In this document: positions 17,960 through 25,924 of the stretch, one piece after another
Numbering within the stretch: the first letter of the stretch is position 1
How the letters are laid out: the number at the start of each line of letters is the position of its first letter
Notes under the pieces: model-generated
Told to the model about the DNA's origin: nothing
The model's input: the letters and a program-made list of their open reading frames with translations, nothing else
The model's database searches: none
Assembly (NCBI GenBank): GCA_046539325.1
Contig: JBKHHD010000005.1
Coordinates: 2,165 to 66,164, forward strand
Source: Candidatus Aenigmatarchaeota archaeon
Lineage (GTDB): Archaea; Aenigmatarchaeota; Aenigmatarchaeia; PWEA01
Direction: 5' to 3'
DNA: 64,000 nt
Translations under genes and position numbers: made by a program

Positions 17960-18298
17960 ATGGGGGACTTTGTCAACGATTACGAAGAGGCAGCGGAAGT
18001 TTTGAGAGAGTTACTAAGCGATAGACCGATGCAGGTGACAAGGCTTTACGAAACCTTTGTGGATGAAGCGAATTCTGAAATAGGTAAACAAACTTTCAAC
18101 AGGGCAATTGAGGAACTGAAAGGTAAGGGAGAGATAAAACAGTATAAGTGGCGTGAATTGATCGAGGAATATGAAAGAGTATCAGACCCACCGCGCGGAA
18201 GGAAGCCGGCTGAGAGAGTTATAGTTACTTCTCAAGAAGACGAAAAAGAATTAAATAAAATAATGAGAGAATACACAAGAAGGAAATGCCGGGCTTAA
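17960..18298 (+). CDS. Hypothetical protein
   Basis: ATG at 17960 (MGDFVNDYEE...). 112 aa, basic C-terminus. Confidence 0.4.
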   Translation: MGDFVNDYEEAAEVLRELLSDRPMQVTRLYETFVDEANSEIGKQTFNRAIEELKGKGEIKQYKWRELIEEYERVSDPPRGRKPAERVIVTSQEDEKELNKIMREYTRRKCRA

Positions 18299-18301
18299 GT
18301 G

Positions 18302-18491
18302 TGCGCCTGTGGTCTAGTCTGGCCTAGAGAATTGCGTGATGGAAACTGACGTAGATGTAATCTACGTCTTCGTTCGCGCTCTTTGGGTAAGACTCGAGCC
18401 TCCCATGCTCGAAACCCGGGTTCAAAGGGCCCTTTTAGAAAAAGCGTCCACGAAAAAGACGCAGGGTCGGGAAATCCCGGCAGGCGCACCA
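18302..18491 (+). tRNA. Candidate intron-containing tRNA, modelled as tRNA-Gly(CCC) with two non-canonical introns and encoded CCA
   Basis: 5' GCGCCUG pairs with 3' CAGGCGC, followed by ACCA. D-arm-like UGGUCUAGUCUGGCCUAGA after the acceptor. Hairpin CGAGC-CUCCCAU-GCUCG (18395-18411) fits an anticodon arm with CCC. CCGGG-UUCAAA (18416-18426) plus U-CCCGG (18475-18480) reconstitute a canonical T-arm if a ~48 nt insert is removed. A ~65 nt insert sits between the D region and the anticodon arm. Hand-folded only. Confidence 0.4.
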
Positions 18492-18506
18492 TTCCACCTT
18501 ACTTTT

Positions 18507-19358
18507 TTATTCAATTACCTCGTCGGGTACTTGACATGTTTCCTCGTTTCCTGTAGAAGTCCACTGACATTCCAAACCAGAACAACAGTCTTCATCATTG
18601 TCGCATACTTCATCTGCATCTGCACATACTTTTGTAAAGTTCGCTGTGATAGACATATCCTGGAAAACGGTGAGTGTACAGGGATTCGCAAATTGCCCGT
18701 CTTCACAGTGTGTACCATCTCCTTTCCATTGGTTAAAACCGTAATCATCATCCTCGGCTTCAGCTTCAATGGTCACCTCTTCGCCTGTTTGAGGATACTT
18801 ATGCTCACCGGGTTCAGGAATTGTTGTCCCAACTCCTCCTGTTTCCACAGTTATGTCTAGGATATATGGTTCCTGAAAAGACACCTTAACACTTCTATTC
18901 GTAGACATCGTGACATTGCATTCGTTCCCTTCTGATTCATCACAACCAAGAAGTGCACCCATTATATAATCTTCATTTGGGTAAGCTGTTAGTTCTACCT
19001 TCGTGTCTTCCTCATATTCGTACTTCCCGTTTACTCGTTCTCCCTCGGGGTCTAGGCTTGTATCCCCACCCTCTTCTGGGTAGGGCGTTATGTTTAGATA
19101 CTTGTAATTCTCACTTTCACCATTTTCTTCATTGTCTCCTTCGTTACCCTCGTCTCCACCGTCATTGTCTCCTGTTCCATCCTCACTGCCGCCTCCTAAA
19201 TCGAGACTTGAATCCTCGTCGAACAATTTCTCCTGCGTTTCATTAATCGGCGAAGTGTCAAAACTTGTCCTGAAGAAAGCAATGAGTCCAAGCATGACAA
19301 TACTTAACAGCACTATAGTCACAACAGGTTTTATACCGAAGGATCCTTTGTCTTTCAT
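18507..19358 (-). CDS. Class III signal peptide (pilin-like) secreted protein, acidic with Cys-rich C-terminus
   Basis: MKDKG|SFGIKPVVTIVLLSIVMLGLIAFF N-terminus (ATG 19358, GGAG 8 nt upstream). Gly/Asp/Glu-rich linker and a C-terminal domain with about 10 Cys. Confidence 0.6.
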   Translation of the reverse strand: MKDKGSFGIKPVVTIVLLSIVMLGLIAFFRTSFDTSPINETQEKLFDEDSSLDLGGGSEDGTGDNDGGDEGNEGDNEENGESENYKYLNITPYPEEGGDTSLDPEGERVNGKYEYEEDTKVELTAYPNEDYIMGALLGCDESEGNECNVTMSTNRSVKVSFQEPYILDITVETGGVGTTIPEPGEHKYPQTGEEVTIEAEAEDDDYGFNQWKGDGTHCEDGQFANPCTLTVFQDMSITANFTKVCADADEVCDNDEDCCSGLECQWTSTGNEETCQVPDEVIE

Positions 19359-19438
19359 ACACAACTCCTTATATTATACCTACTTGTTAGTTTTTTAATA
19401 GTTTGTTATAAGAACGCTTTGATAATTCTATAGGCTCT

Positions 19439-19792
19439 TTAGTAATTTTCGCAAGGTCTACAAGCCACTTCAATACATACATCGGAATACTGGCCACAAT
19501 CTCTTTCGTGTGTACAACCATCCTGGGTTTTGGGACACGTACTTTCTGTTATATTCCAACTACTGCATACATCCTCACAGTTTATATTATCGCCTCCATT
19601 TCCATCATTTTCTTCACCACCTCCTTCCCCGTCTTCATCTCCGTTTGTCAGGTTGCTTTCAATTTCTTTGAAGGGTGAATTATCCCAGCCATCTAGTAAA
19701 AGGGTTGCTGCTGCTGCTAGGACTATTATCATAATAATTAAACCAAGGAGGCTGCTTATAGTAAATTCAAAACCTTTACTTGAAGAGATCAT
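19439..19792 (-). CDS. Class III signal peptide (pilin-like) small Cys-rich protein
   Basis: MISSSKG|FEFTISSLLGLIIMIIVLAAAATLLL. C-terminal 8 Cys. Confidence 0.55.
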   Translation of the reverse strand: MISSSKGFEFTISSLLGLIIMIIVLAAAATLLLDGWDNSPFKEIESNLTNGDEDGEGGGEENDGNGGDNINCEDVCSSWNITESTCPKTQDGCTHERDCGQYSDVCIEVACRPCENY

Positions 19793-20054
19793 TGTGCCTG
19801 TCTGTTTGGATTTCCTGTCTTCTGATCAATTTTCCATGCGGGGTTATCTGATGAATATCATAATGGGTAGGTGAAATGGATAGCTCAGGTAAAAGATCTT
19901 CAGCATCGCTTGCAGTTTCGTTTACTGCTTCTTCTTTCCAGGCAGAGGTGAAAAGTGCGACGATGGCCAGGAGCACTATTATAGCCAGTGTCAGGACAAC
20001 CACAGCCTTAATAGGCATCGATACTCCTTTTGAAAGTTCAGTATTTTTCTTCAT
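19776..20054 (-). CDS. Class III signal peptide (pilin-like) small protein
   Basis: ATG 20054 gives MKKNTELSKG|VSMPIKAVVVLTLAIIVLLAIVALF. The ATG overlaps the upstream gene's stop as ATGA. Confidence 0.55.
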   Translation of the reverse strand: MKKNTELSKGVSMPIKAVVVLTLAIIVLLAIVALFTSAWKEEAVNETASDAEDLLPELSISPTHYDIHQITPHGKLIRRQEIQTDRHNDLFK

Positions 20055-20338
20055 GTTGGTCCTGTCCCTCCACGGCAACAGATTGCATCTATTTCGCCCC
20101 AATCATCATTCCATTCTTGTTCCTCAATTTCGGTGCATCTATCCGGACCGTTTGTACAACATCCAATTTCCTCGTATTCCTGACAAATAGTTCCTCTGTC
20201 TCCAGTTTCATTCAAATCACCGAGCATACCTTCCGCCGGTTCCATAGCTCCTCCCAAGACTACCGCAAGGACTATGATTGCTAGTATTAAGCCTGGGAGT
20301 GCAGTTTTCCAGCTCAAACCCTTTTTTCTCATCATCAT
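20051..20338 (-). CDS. Class III signal peptide (pilin-like) small Cys-rich protein
   Basis: MMMRKKG|LSWKTALPGLILAIIVLAVVLGG. C-terminal 7 Cys. Confidence 0.55.
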   Translation of the reverse strand: MMMRKKGLSWKTALPGLILAIIVLAVVLGGAMEPAEGMLGDLNETGDRGTICQEYEEIGCCTNGPDRCTEIEEQEWNDDWGEIDAICCRGGTGPT

Positions 20339-20366
20339 AAAGTTACCTCTTCTAATTTAAAATCCT

Positions 20367-20630
20367 TTATGTCATAGTCTCGTCGCAGCAAAATTCAAAG
20401 GGATCCTCTTCTCTTTCCCAGCCCAGTTGATCTTGTTGACATCTCTCTAAGTCTGGTTCCTGGCAGCAGCCCCTCCTTACATACTCTATGCAGTCATTAG
20501 CTCCCTCATGGACGTCGTTCGTCTCATCTCCTCCAAGGGAAAGTGCTAAAAGCAGCACAACAATTACAGCTGAAATCAGAACTAACCCACGTTTCGAGAT
20601 CTTTACCTTTGTACCAGGTATCTTGGGCAT
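20367..20630 (-). CDS. Class III signal peptide (pilin-like) small Cys-rich protein
   Basis: Start at ATG 20630 gives MPKIPGTKVKISKRG|LVLISAVIVVLLLALSLGG; the longer ORF to 20720 is likely an over-call. C-terminal CC..C..CC pattern. Confidence 0.5.
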   Translation of the reverse strand: MPKIPGTKVKISKRGLVLISAVIVVLLLALSLGGDETNDVHEGANDCIEYVRRGCCQEPDLERCQQDQLGWEREEDPFEFCCDETMT

Positions 20631-20667
20631 GGTTAGACAATGGCCCTTATAGTTTAAAACTTTTTGC

Positions 20668-20832
20668 TTAGAAAGGGACGAGGGCATCGAGAAAGTCGAG
20701 CAAACCGTCGATGTTTGCACTTATCGCACCTGTTATTCCTTCAGCAATGATAAACATCACTAGTAAGGCGAGGACCACGTAAACAACTAATTCCATGGCC
20801 TTAATTCCTTTTTTACCTGAAAACCAGTCCAT
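20668..20832 (-). CDS. Mini-pilin: 54 aa class III signal peptide protein (absent from the ORF track, below 60 aa)
   Basis: Hand translation gives MDWFSGKKG|IKAMELVVYVVLALLVMFIIAEGITGAISANIDGLLDFLDALVPF with a TAA stop. It sits directly downstream of a conserved promoter motif (20855-20884). Confidence 0.55.
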   Translation of the reverse strand: MDWFSGKKGIKAMELVVYVVLALLVMFIIAEGITGAISANIDGLLDFLDALVPF

Positions 20833-20854
20833 GCCTAATTATAGTTAACTTTGT

Positions 20855-20884
20855 TTTTTAAGTTTAAAGTGAAATCATTGCATG
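20855..20884 (-). promoter_or_regulatory. Conserved promoter/regulatory motif (minus-strand sense CATGCAATGATTTCACTTTAAACTTAAAAAA), copy 1
   Basis: A near-identical 29-30 nt element recurs at 23248-23276. It contains a TTTAAAC/TTAAAA TATA-like core 23-37 nt upstream of ATG 20832. Confidence 0.5.
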
Positions 20885-20956
20885 TAACCATGATTTTTCT
20901 AGAAATGTTCCGATCTCCTTCTTATCAAATCCTAAACGATGAAAAGCTACGTAAAT

Positions 20957-23161
20957 CTACGTAATAATTCTACATTCAGCACCTCCACATCTTCCCCCGC
21001 CACCGTCATCGTTATCATCTCCATCATCAGAGCCTTCAAGATATTCTGTAACACAAACCTCTCCGCCGTCTTCATCCCCACTCCCTTTGTCGCCTCTATG
21101 CCCGTCGATATCGTCGAGTATGTCACCATTTGCTTCCCAGCCACCACCTTGACCGTCTTGGTCCCAACTCCCGGAGGATACACCATCACCACCATCACCA
21201 CCACATTCATAATGATTAGAATTATCATACGGACAGTCTCCGTTCCCATCATCACCCTCATATTCTGGAGAGCCTGACCATCCACCATCACCGCCTCTTG
21301 CTCCTCCTCCACCACCATATTCAAAAATTGTGGCCTTATGGCCCGCACCACCACCACCGCCGGCTGCAGCTAAAAACTCTTCACTCCCATCATCGTACTT
21401 TAACCATAGTTCGGTTGATCCTCCACCTCCACCTGCTTCACTTCCTCCGTAACCACGATTTCCCCCATCTCCACCGTCGGGTTTTCCATAACCACCACTT
21501 TCCTTGTATCGCTGGCTGCCTGCATTTCCAATAGATATATTAAGGTTTACTTCTTCGTCTATAGTGAATGCACCTTGCACGTAGCCCCCTTCACCACAAT
21601 CTCCATCTTTGCCTGGGTCTCCACCGTCGGCACCATAAACCTCTATCTCGTAGTTCCCGGGGTCGAGTTCCAATGCATCATCACCTACATAGTCGTAACA
21701 TTCTGTGTTCACGCTTAGTTCGGTGAATTCAGCTGTTATCTCTTTGTCTCCGTCCATTTCAACAGTCAGTTCTTCACTTCCATTTCTTTCGTCGCCTGTC
21801 CATTTATCCAGACTCCAATCAGGAATATCCGGGTGTGCTTTGAGGGTTATTTCCTCGCCTTCTGGTACGTAGGTTATTCCAGGAGAAGGGACTGTGTAAC
21901 CTCCTTTTGGATTTTTTACATCTATTTTGAGGACCTTCAATTCTACATCCGTATAGTTCCTCCCACTGTTGAAGGTCCAGGTGTGCTCGAAGTCCCATCC
22001 ATATTCTAGGCCCTCCGTCCTTGTATCTGTGTAAGTGGTCTTACTTTCCATGACTTCTGTTTTCTTCGGTGTTCCAGCTCCTCCATGTGGATCCTTAGTG
22101 ATGCCTGCTGTATCGTAGTTCCAGAAAGAGTTTCCTACAACGGAATCACTGTTACTGTATCCTATAAGTCCATTGATATCATTCCCGCCAGTTACTTGAC
22201 CCGTTGAATATGCATTGTATACTATTCCTGATGCTGACGTGTATCCTACCAGTCCACCTACACACCACCCATTGCCATTGACATGTCCTGTAGAATATGA
22301 ATCTAATACTATCCCACTATTACTTCCCACGAGGCCTCCTGTGTTGTTTTTTTCTCCAGAAATATTACCAGAGGAGTACGATTTAAAAATATCTCCACTG
22401 TTGTATCCTACTAGTCCACCTACGTTACTATGTCCATCAATGGTTGCCGAAGATGAAGAACTTGAAATTTTTCCATCGTTGTATGCTACTAGTCCCCCGG
22501 CCCTTAGGAATGAGTCTTCATCTGAAGCCGTATTTTTGGTAATTATTTTGCCTCTGACCCTTGAATTTAATATATCTCCCCAGTTGACACCTATCAATGC
22601 AGCGACTCTGTCCTCTCCACGGATACTTACATTTACTAGTTCTAAGTTTTTGATTTCTGATGAATCATTGGTATGAGCGAAAAGTGCCGCGTCTTGACTA
22701 GACCTATCTATGTGTAAATCCGTTATTTTATGCCCTTGTCCGTGTAATTCCCCCTTAAATTGGTGGTCAGGCCAGTCGCCTATTGGTTCAAACCCATCGC
22801 CATTGTTCCACTCCTTTGTTCCACTGCAGTCTATGTCGTTTTCGAGATAGTAATTTCCTCCTAGGTCCTCGTTTATATTCTGAAGTTCTTGACAGCTTTC
22901 TATTGCTGTGGCATCATCTGGCGGATCTCCGGTCCTGTCCTTTGGGTGTATGTTCTGCCATTGAAGTATAGGATACTTTGTTCTGTGCTCTACTAGGTCC
23001 TCACTCCGTCTTTCACCAGTATCCGTTAGGTCACTGGAACCTTCTTGTAGCATGTCGCCTAGCTCTGTGAAAATAACACCAACTACCAGAAGTGCTATTA
23101 CGGCTCCTACTACTAGTCCAAGGGTGAATTCAACTCCAGAACGGCCGAGGAACATTGACAT
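20957..23161 (-). CDS. Large class III signal peptide surface protein with GLUG-type repeats and Gly/Asp-rich C-terminal tail
   Basis: N-terminus MSMFLGRSG|VEFTLGLVVGAVIALLVVGVIF. Central repeats (GGLVGYNSGDI, TGGLVGSNSGIV, VGGLVGYTSASGIV, INGLIGYSNSD) followed by SFWNYDTAGI, as in the GLUG motif family. Last ~200 aa are low-complexity G/D/E (GGGGGAGHK..., GGDGGDG...). Confidence 0.6.
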   Translation of the reverse strand: MSMFLGRSGVEFTLGLVVGAVIALLVVGVIFTELGDMLQEGSSDLTDTGERRSEDLVEHRTKYPILQWQNIHPKDRTGDPPDDATAIESCQELQNINEDLGGNYYLENDIDCSGTKEWNNGDGFEPIGDWPDHQFKGELHGQGHKITDLHIDRSSQDAALFAHTNDSSEIKNLELVNVSIRGEDRVAALIGVNWGDILNSRVRGKIITKNTASDEDSFLRAGGLVAYNDGKISSSSSSATIDGHSNVGGLVGYNSGDIFKSYSSGNISGEKNNTGGLVGSNSGIVLDSYSTGHVNGNGWCVGGLVGYTSASGIVYNAYSTGQVTGGNDINGLIGYSNSDSVVGNSFWNYDTAGITKDPHGGAGTPKKTEVMESKTTYTDTRTEGLEYGWDFEHTWTFNSGRNYTDVELKVLKIDVKNPKGGYTVPSPGITYVPEGEEITLKAHPDIPDWSLDKWTGDERNGSEELTVEMDGDKEITAEFTELSVNTECYDYVGDDALELDPGNYEIEVYGADGGDPGKDGDCGEGGYVQGAFTIDEEVNLNISIGNAGSQRYKESGGYGKPDGGDGGNRGYGGSEAGGGGGSTELWLKYDDGSEEFLAAAGGGGGAGHKATIFEYGGGGGARGGDGGWSGSPEYEGDDGNGDCPYDNSNHYECGGDGGDGVSSGSWDQDGQGGGWEANGDILDDIDGHRGDKGSGDEDGGEVCVTEYLEGSDDGDDNDDGGGGRCGGAECRIIT

Positions 23162-23247
23162 GGAAACTCCTATGTACTAATTGATTGTCTTGATTTTAAA
23201 GTTTTAGTAAGCTTTCTCCTAGATCTTGGTGCGGTTTTCTCCTTTAA

Positions 23248-23276
23248 TTTTAAGTCTAAAGTTAAATCATTGCATG
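23248..23276 (-). promoter_or_regulatory. Conserved promoter/regulatory motif, copy 2 (minus-strand sense CATGCAATGATTTAACTTTAGACTTAAAA)
   Basis: Matches the 20855-20884 element at about 26 of 29 positions. Lies ~90 nt upstream of ATG 23161, with GGAG 7 nt before the ATG. Confidence 0.5.
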
Positions 23277-23320
23277 GTCAACTATTCGGAGAAACTATGC
23301 TCCCAAAAAACTCTCCTTTG

Positions 23321-24415
23321 CTAAGGATCATCCTGACAAACACATCTATCATGCATCCCTGACACACTTTTACAGTCCTTCCACTCGTACTCGCCTTTTG
23401 TTGCTCCTGTTTTTATACACTTATAATCTTGGTCACATTCGTCACCAGAATCGGAGCCATCGCCACATCCATCACCGCTCTCATCCACCGATTCACAGGC
23501 CATTACTTCGCCCTCACAACACATCTTCTGGTTACCATCCCACGTTGCACCTGAGTCCTTGCACTCATCACCAACTTCGCATTCGTCTTCGTCACACCCA
23601 TCCTCATCATCCTCGTCACCATTATCTCTTGAATAAGATGAGGGTTGAATAGTTTGTGAAGAGCTGTATTCGTCCTTGATCAATACCTTTGGTTTTTGCA
23701 TATTACCTTTTAGATCAACGGAGTAGGAAATATCATATACCTCGACATTGCATTTTACTTTTGTCATAGCATAGCCACTTTTTGTATCGCCCCATGAATT
23801 GATACAATTGTCTGCATTATCGTCTGGTTCCCATTTACGCCTGTCGGAAGAAACATCTTCTTGATAACAGGGATTTTCTGATTGTTGAACCACTTCCTTG
23901 TATCCCCTGCACTGACAGTACTGGTCTACATCATCCCAGGAACCTGTCATGCTCGAGCCACATTCGCCCCAGCCTGTAAAATCCCGGGCATTAACGTCTA
24001 CAGGGAAGTCAACCACCACAGGTTCTAAAGACTTCTCCACATGCAAATAGTTAACACTGAGGCTCATATACTGCTGAGGGTCCTCTCCGTCACCGGTCAT
24101 TTCTGTACCGTTTAGGCTGTCTAAATAGCTCTTAATTTTTTCCTCTATGTCGTCAATTCCAGGTTCACCATCTTCCTCCGAATAGGCTTCTCTTGTTCCA
24201 AGCCACACTGCATCATCGACGAGATCTCTTGAACTATCATACCTCAACTTCGCGTTTATGGTTTCTGATTGCTCCAGGCCTATTCGACCTGCACCAGTAG
24301 ATCCAGTAACCAGCACTGTAAATGCCACCGCCAGTCCTCCCCCTACGATTACTGCACTGACTACTCCAACCACTAATAAGCTTATAGCTCCACTTTCGGA
24401 TGACATTTTTGACAT
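23321..24415 (-). CDS. Class III signal peptide (pilin-like) protein with acidic, Cys-rich extracellular region
   Basis: ATG 24415 gives MSKMSSESG|AISLLVVGVVSAVIVGGGLAVAFTVLV. More than 25 Cys in CxC/CC clusters in the C-terminal half; many D/E. Confidence 0.55.
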   Translation of the reverse strand: MSKMSSESGAISLLVVGVVSAVIVGGGLAVAFTVLVTGSTGAGRIGLEQSETINAKLRYDSSRDLVDDAVWLGTREAYSEEDGEPGIDDIEEKIKSYLDSLNGTEMTGDGEDPQQYMSLSVNYLHVEKSLEPVVVDFPVDVNARDFTGWGECGSSMTGSWDDVDQYCQCRGYKEVVQQSENPCYQEDVSSDRRKWEPDDNADNCINSWGDTKSGYAMTKVKCNVEVYDISYSVDLKGNMQKPKVLIKDEYSSSQTIQPSSYSRDNGDEDDEDGCDEDECEVGDECKDSGATWDGNQKMCCEGEVMACESVDESGDGCGDGSDSGDECDQDYKCIKTGATKGEYEWKDCKSVSGMHDRCVCQDDP

Positions 24416-24468
24416 TTTATCAATCCTTGTTTTATTTACTGTAAATTCTATCTGACTTGTTAATTTAT

Positions 24469-24936
24469 TCAACCGCCTGCATTTTTATCGACAAGTATTG
24501 CCCTACCAAGCTTCTCATTTCCTAATAGGATGGTTCTTGAGGCCACTTCTTTTCTTGGATCATCCGGTCTTCCATGGATATATGTATTGCCTTGGTATTC
24601 AAAACGAATATAATAGTTGTCACCATTCTCCCCCTGAAATTTATTCTCCAAATCTTCTATTTCATCGTCTATGTCATCATTACGGCCGTTGTAGGTGTAG
24701 ATATAATCTATAAACTTCCTGCGGACTGATTCGCCGTTATCGTCCTCCGTTCTCAGGAAGGCACTAAGTACTATTTCATCTGTATGTCTATCGATCTCTT
24801 CAACTTCGATCTCGACATCCCTCTTTAGTTCAACAAAGTAGTTTATCGTGAAAAGTACGAGAAAAAACATAGCAGTGAATATAAGTGTGGCTATGAGTAT
24901 CGTGAACTGCCCTTTTTTGTTTTCTCTATTTATCAT
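24469..24936 (-). CDS. Class III signal peptide (pilin-like) protein
   Basis: MINRENKKG|QFTILIATLIFTAMFFLVLFTI. Confidence 0.55.
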   Translation of the reverse strand: MINRENKKGQFTILIATLIFTAMFFLVLFTINYFVELKRDVEIEVEEIDRHTDEIVLSAFLRTEDDNGESVRRKFIDYIYTYNGRNDDIDDEIEDLENKFQGENGDNYYIRFEYQGNTYIHGRPDDPRKEVASRTILLGNEKLGRAILVDKNAGG

Positions 24937-24946
24937 GTTTCATCTC

Positions 24947-25924
24947 CTAAACCTTTTTCCAGTAAGCTTCTGTGCTTGATCCAGAGTGGACATCACTTAC
25001 ACATTCATACATATCTGCACACTCATTTCCAACGTATTCGAGGTCGCACTTCTCTACTGTCCCGTTGTCGCAACATATCTCTAACTCTTCTCCCCGGGTA
25101 TCATATACCTCAGTGTGATAGAGATCAATATCCTCAAGAATGGTCCGAGAGTAGGTACAGGGTTCTTCACCTGCTTCTACAAAATAACTGGTTTCATCAC
25201 CCTTTTTTACTGCTGAAGTTTCAACATTTTCGTCGAATTCCATCTCTGGTACCTTCAGATTGTAGTCTTTGAATATATAGGTTGCCTTTCCCTTGTCGTC
25301 TATCCTGGCATCTATTTTTAACCTATCACCTGTTTTTCCTTTATCAGACTGGATAGTATGATTTTTATCGAACATAGTTTCCAATTTGAGAGGCTCGCCA
25401 TCTTCATACCAGGCTATCTTCCCTGTCCTGGTAGTAGAGGGTCCGAAATGTGGTGGATGTACCATGTAAAAAGTTGCGGTCCCGAGATTGTTTCCAGATC
25501 CCGTGTCTATAGTCACAGGCACATCCCACTCTGTGATATCTCCTACGACAATATCGCTGAGATCATTACCAAAGCTGTAGTCTTTGTTTTTTTCATGGTC
25601 TTCGACCTCTACGTAAGTCCAGACTGTTGGGTGGTGTGCACAGTCGAGAGCCTCGGTCCCGTCCTTTCTGTTGAGTTTAGCTTCGGAAAGAACTGCCATT
25701 TCGCCTGTCGAGAGGCAATCGGGCGAGGAAAGGATTTCGGCCATTACACTGTTGGCCTGAACCTTGCCCATACTGAAGGAGTACCCTTCAACAGCTATGT
25801 CTGTGGGTGCTATAATGAAATAGTAAAATACAAATACAAAACCTACCAATACTATAGTGTATAGAAGATACCAGATGAAGTCTCCTCCTGAAAGCCCTTT
25901 CACTCTTTCTTTAAAATTCAGCAT
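24947..25924 (-). CDS. Class III signal peptide (pilin-like) protein
   Basis: MLNFKERVKG|LSGGDFIWYLLYTIVLVGFVFVFYYFII. C-terminal Cys cluster. 14-nt overlap with the upstream gene. Confidence 0.5.
   Translation of the reverse strand: MLNFKERVKGLSGGDFIWYLLYTIVLVGFVFVFYYFIIAPTDIAVEGYSFSMGKVQANSVMAEILSSPDCLSTGEMAVLSEAKLNRKDGTEALDCAHHPTVWTYVEVEDHEKNKDYSFGNDLSDIVVGDITEWDVPVTIDTGSGNNLGTATFYMVHPPHFGPSTTRTGKIAWYEDGEPLKLETMFDKNHTIQSDKGKTGDRLKIDARIDDKGKATYIFKDYNLKVPEMEFDENVETSAVKKGDETSYFVEAGEEPCTYSRTILEDIDLYHTEVYDTRGEELEICCDNGTVEKCDLEYVGNECADMYECVSDVHSGSSTEAYWKKV

Noticed and set aside
18295-18860. ORFs 18295..18492 (-) and 18336..18860 (+)
   Set aside because: They overlap the tRNA-like element and the 3' end of the first pilin-like gene. 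Arg/Pro-rich or shadow composition. No start context.
20939-21534. ORFs 20939..21277 (+), 20947..21357 (-), 21298..21534 (+) within the GLUG gene tail
   Set aside because: Alternative frames of GGTGG/CCACC-rich DNA encoding the Gly/Asp-rich tail of the 734 aa protein. Their His/Val/Met-rich translations are artefacts.
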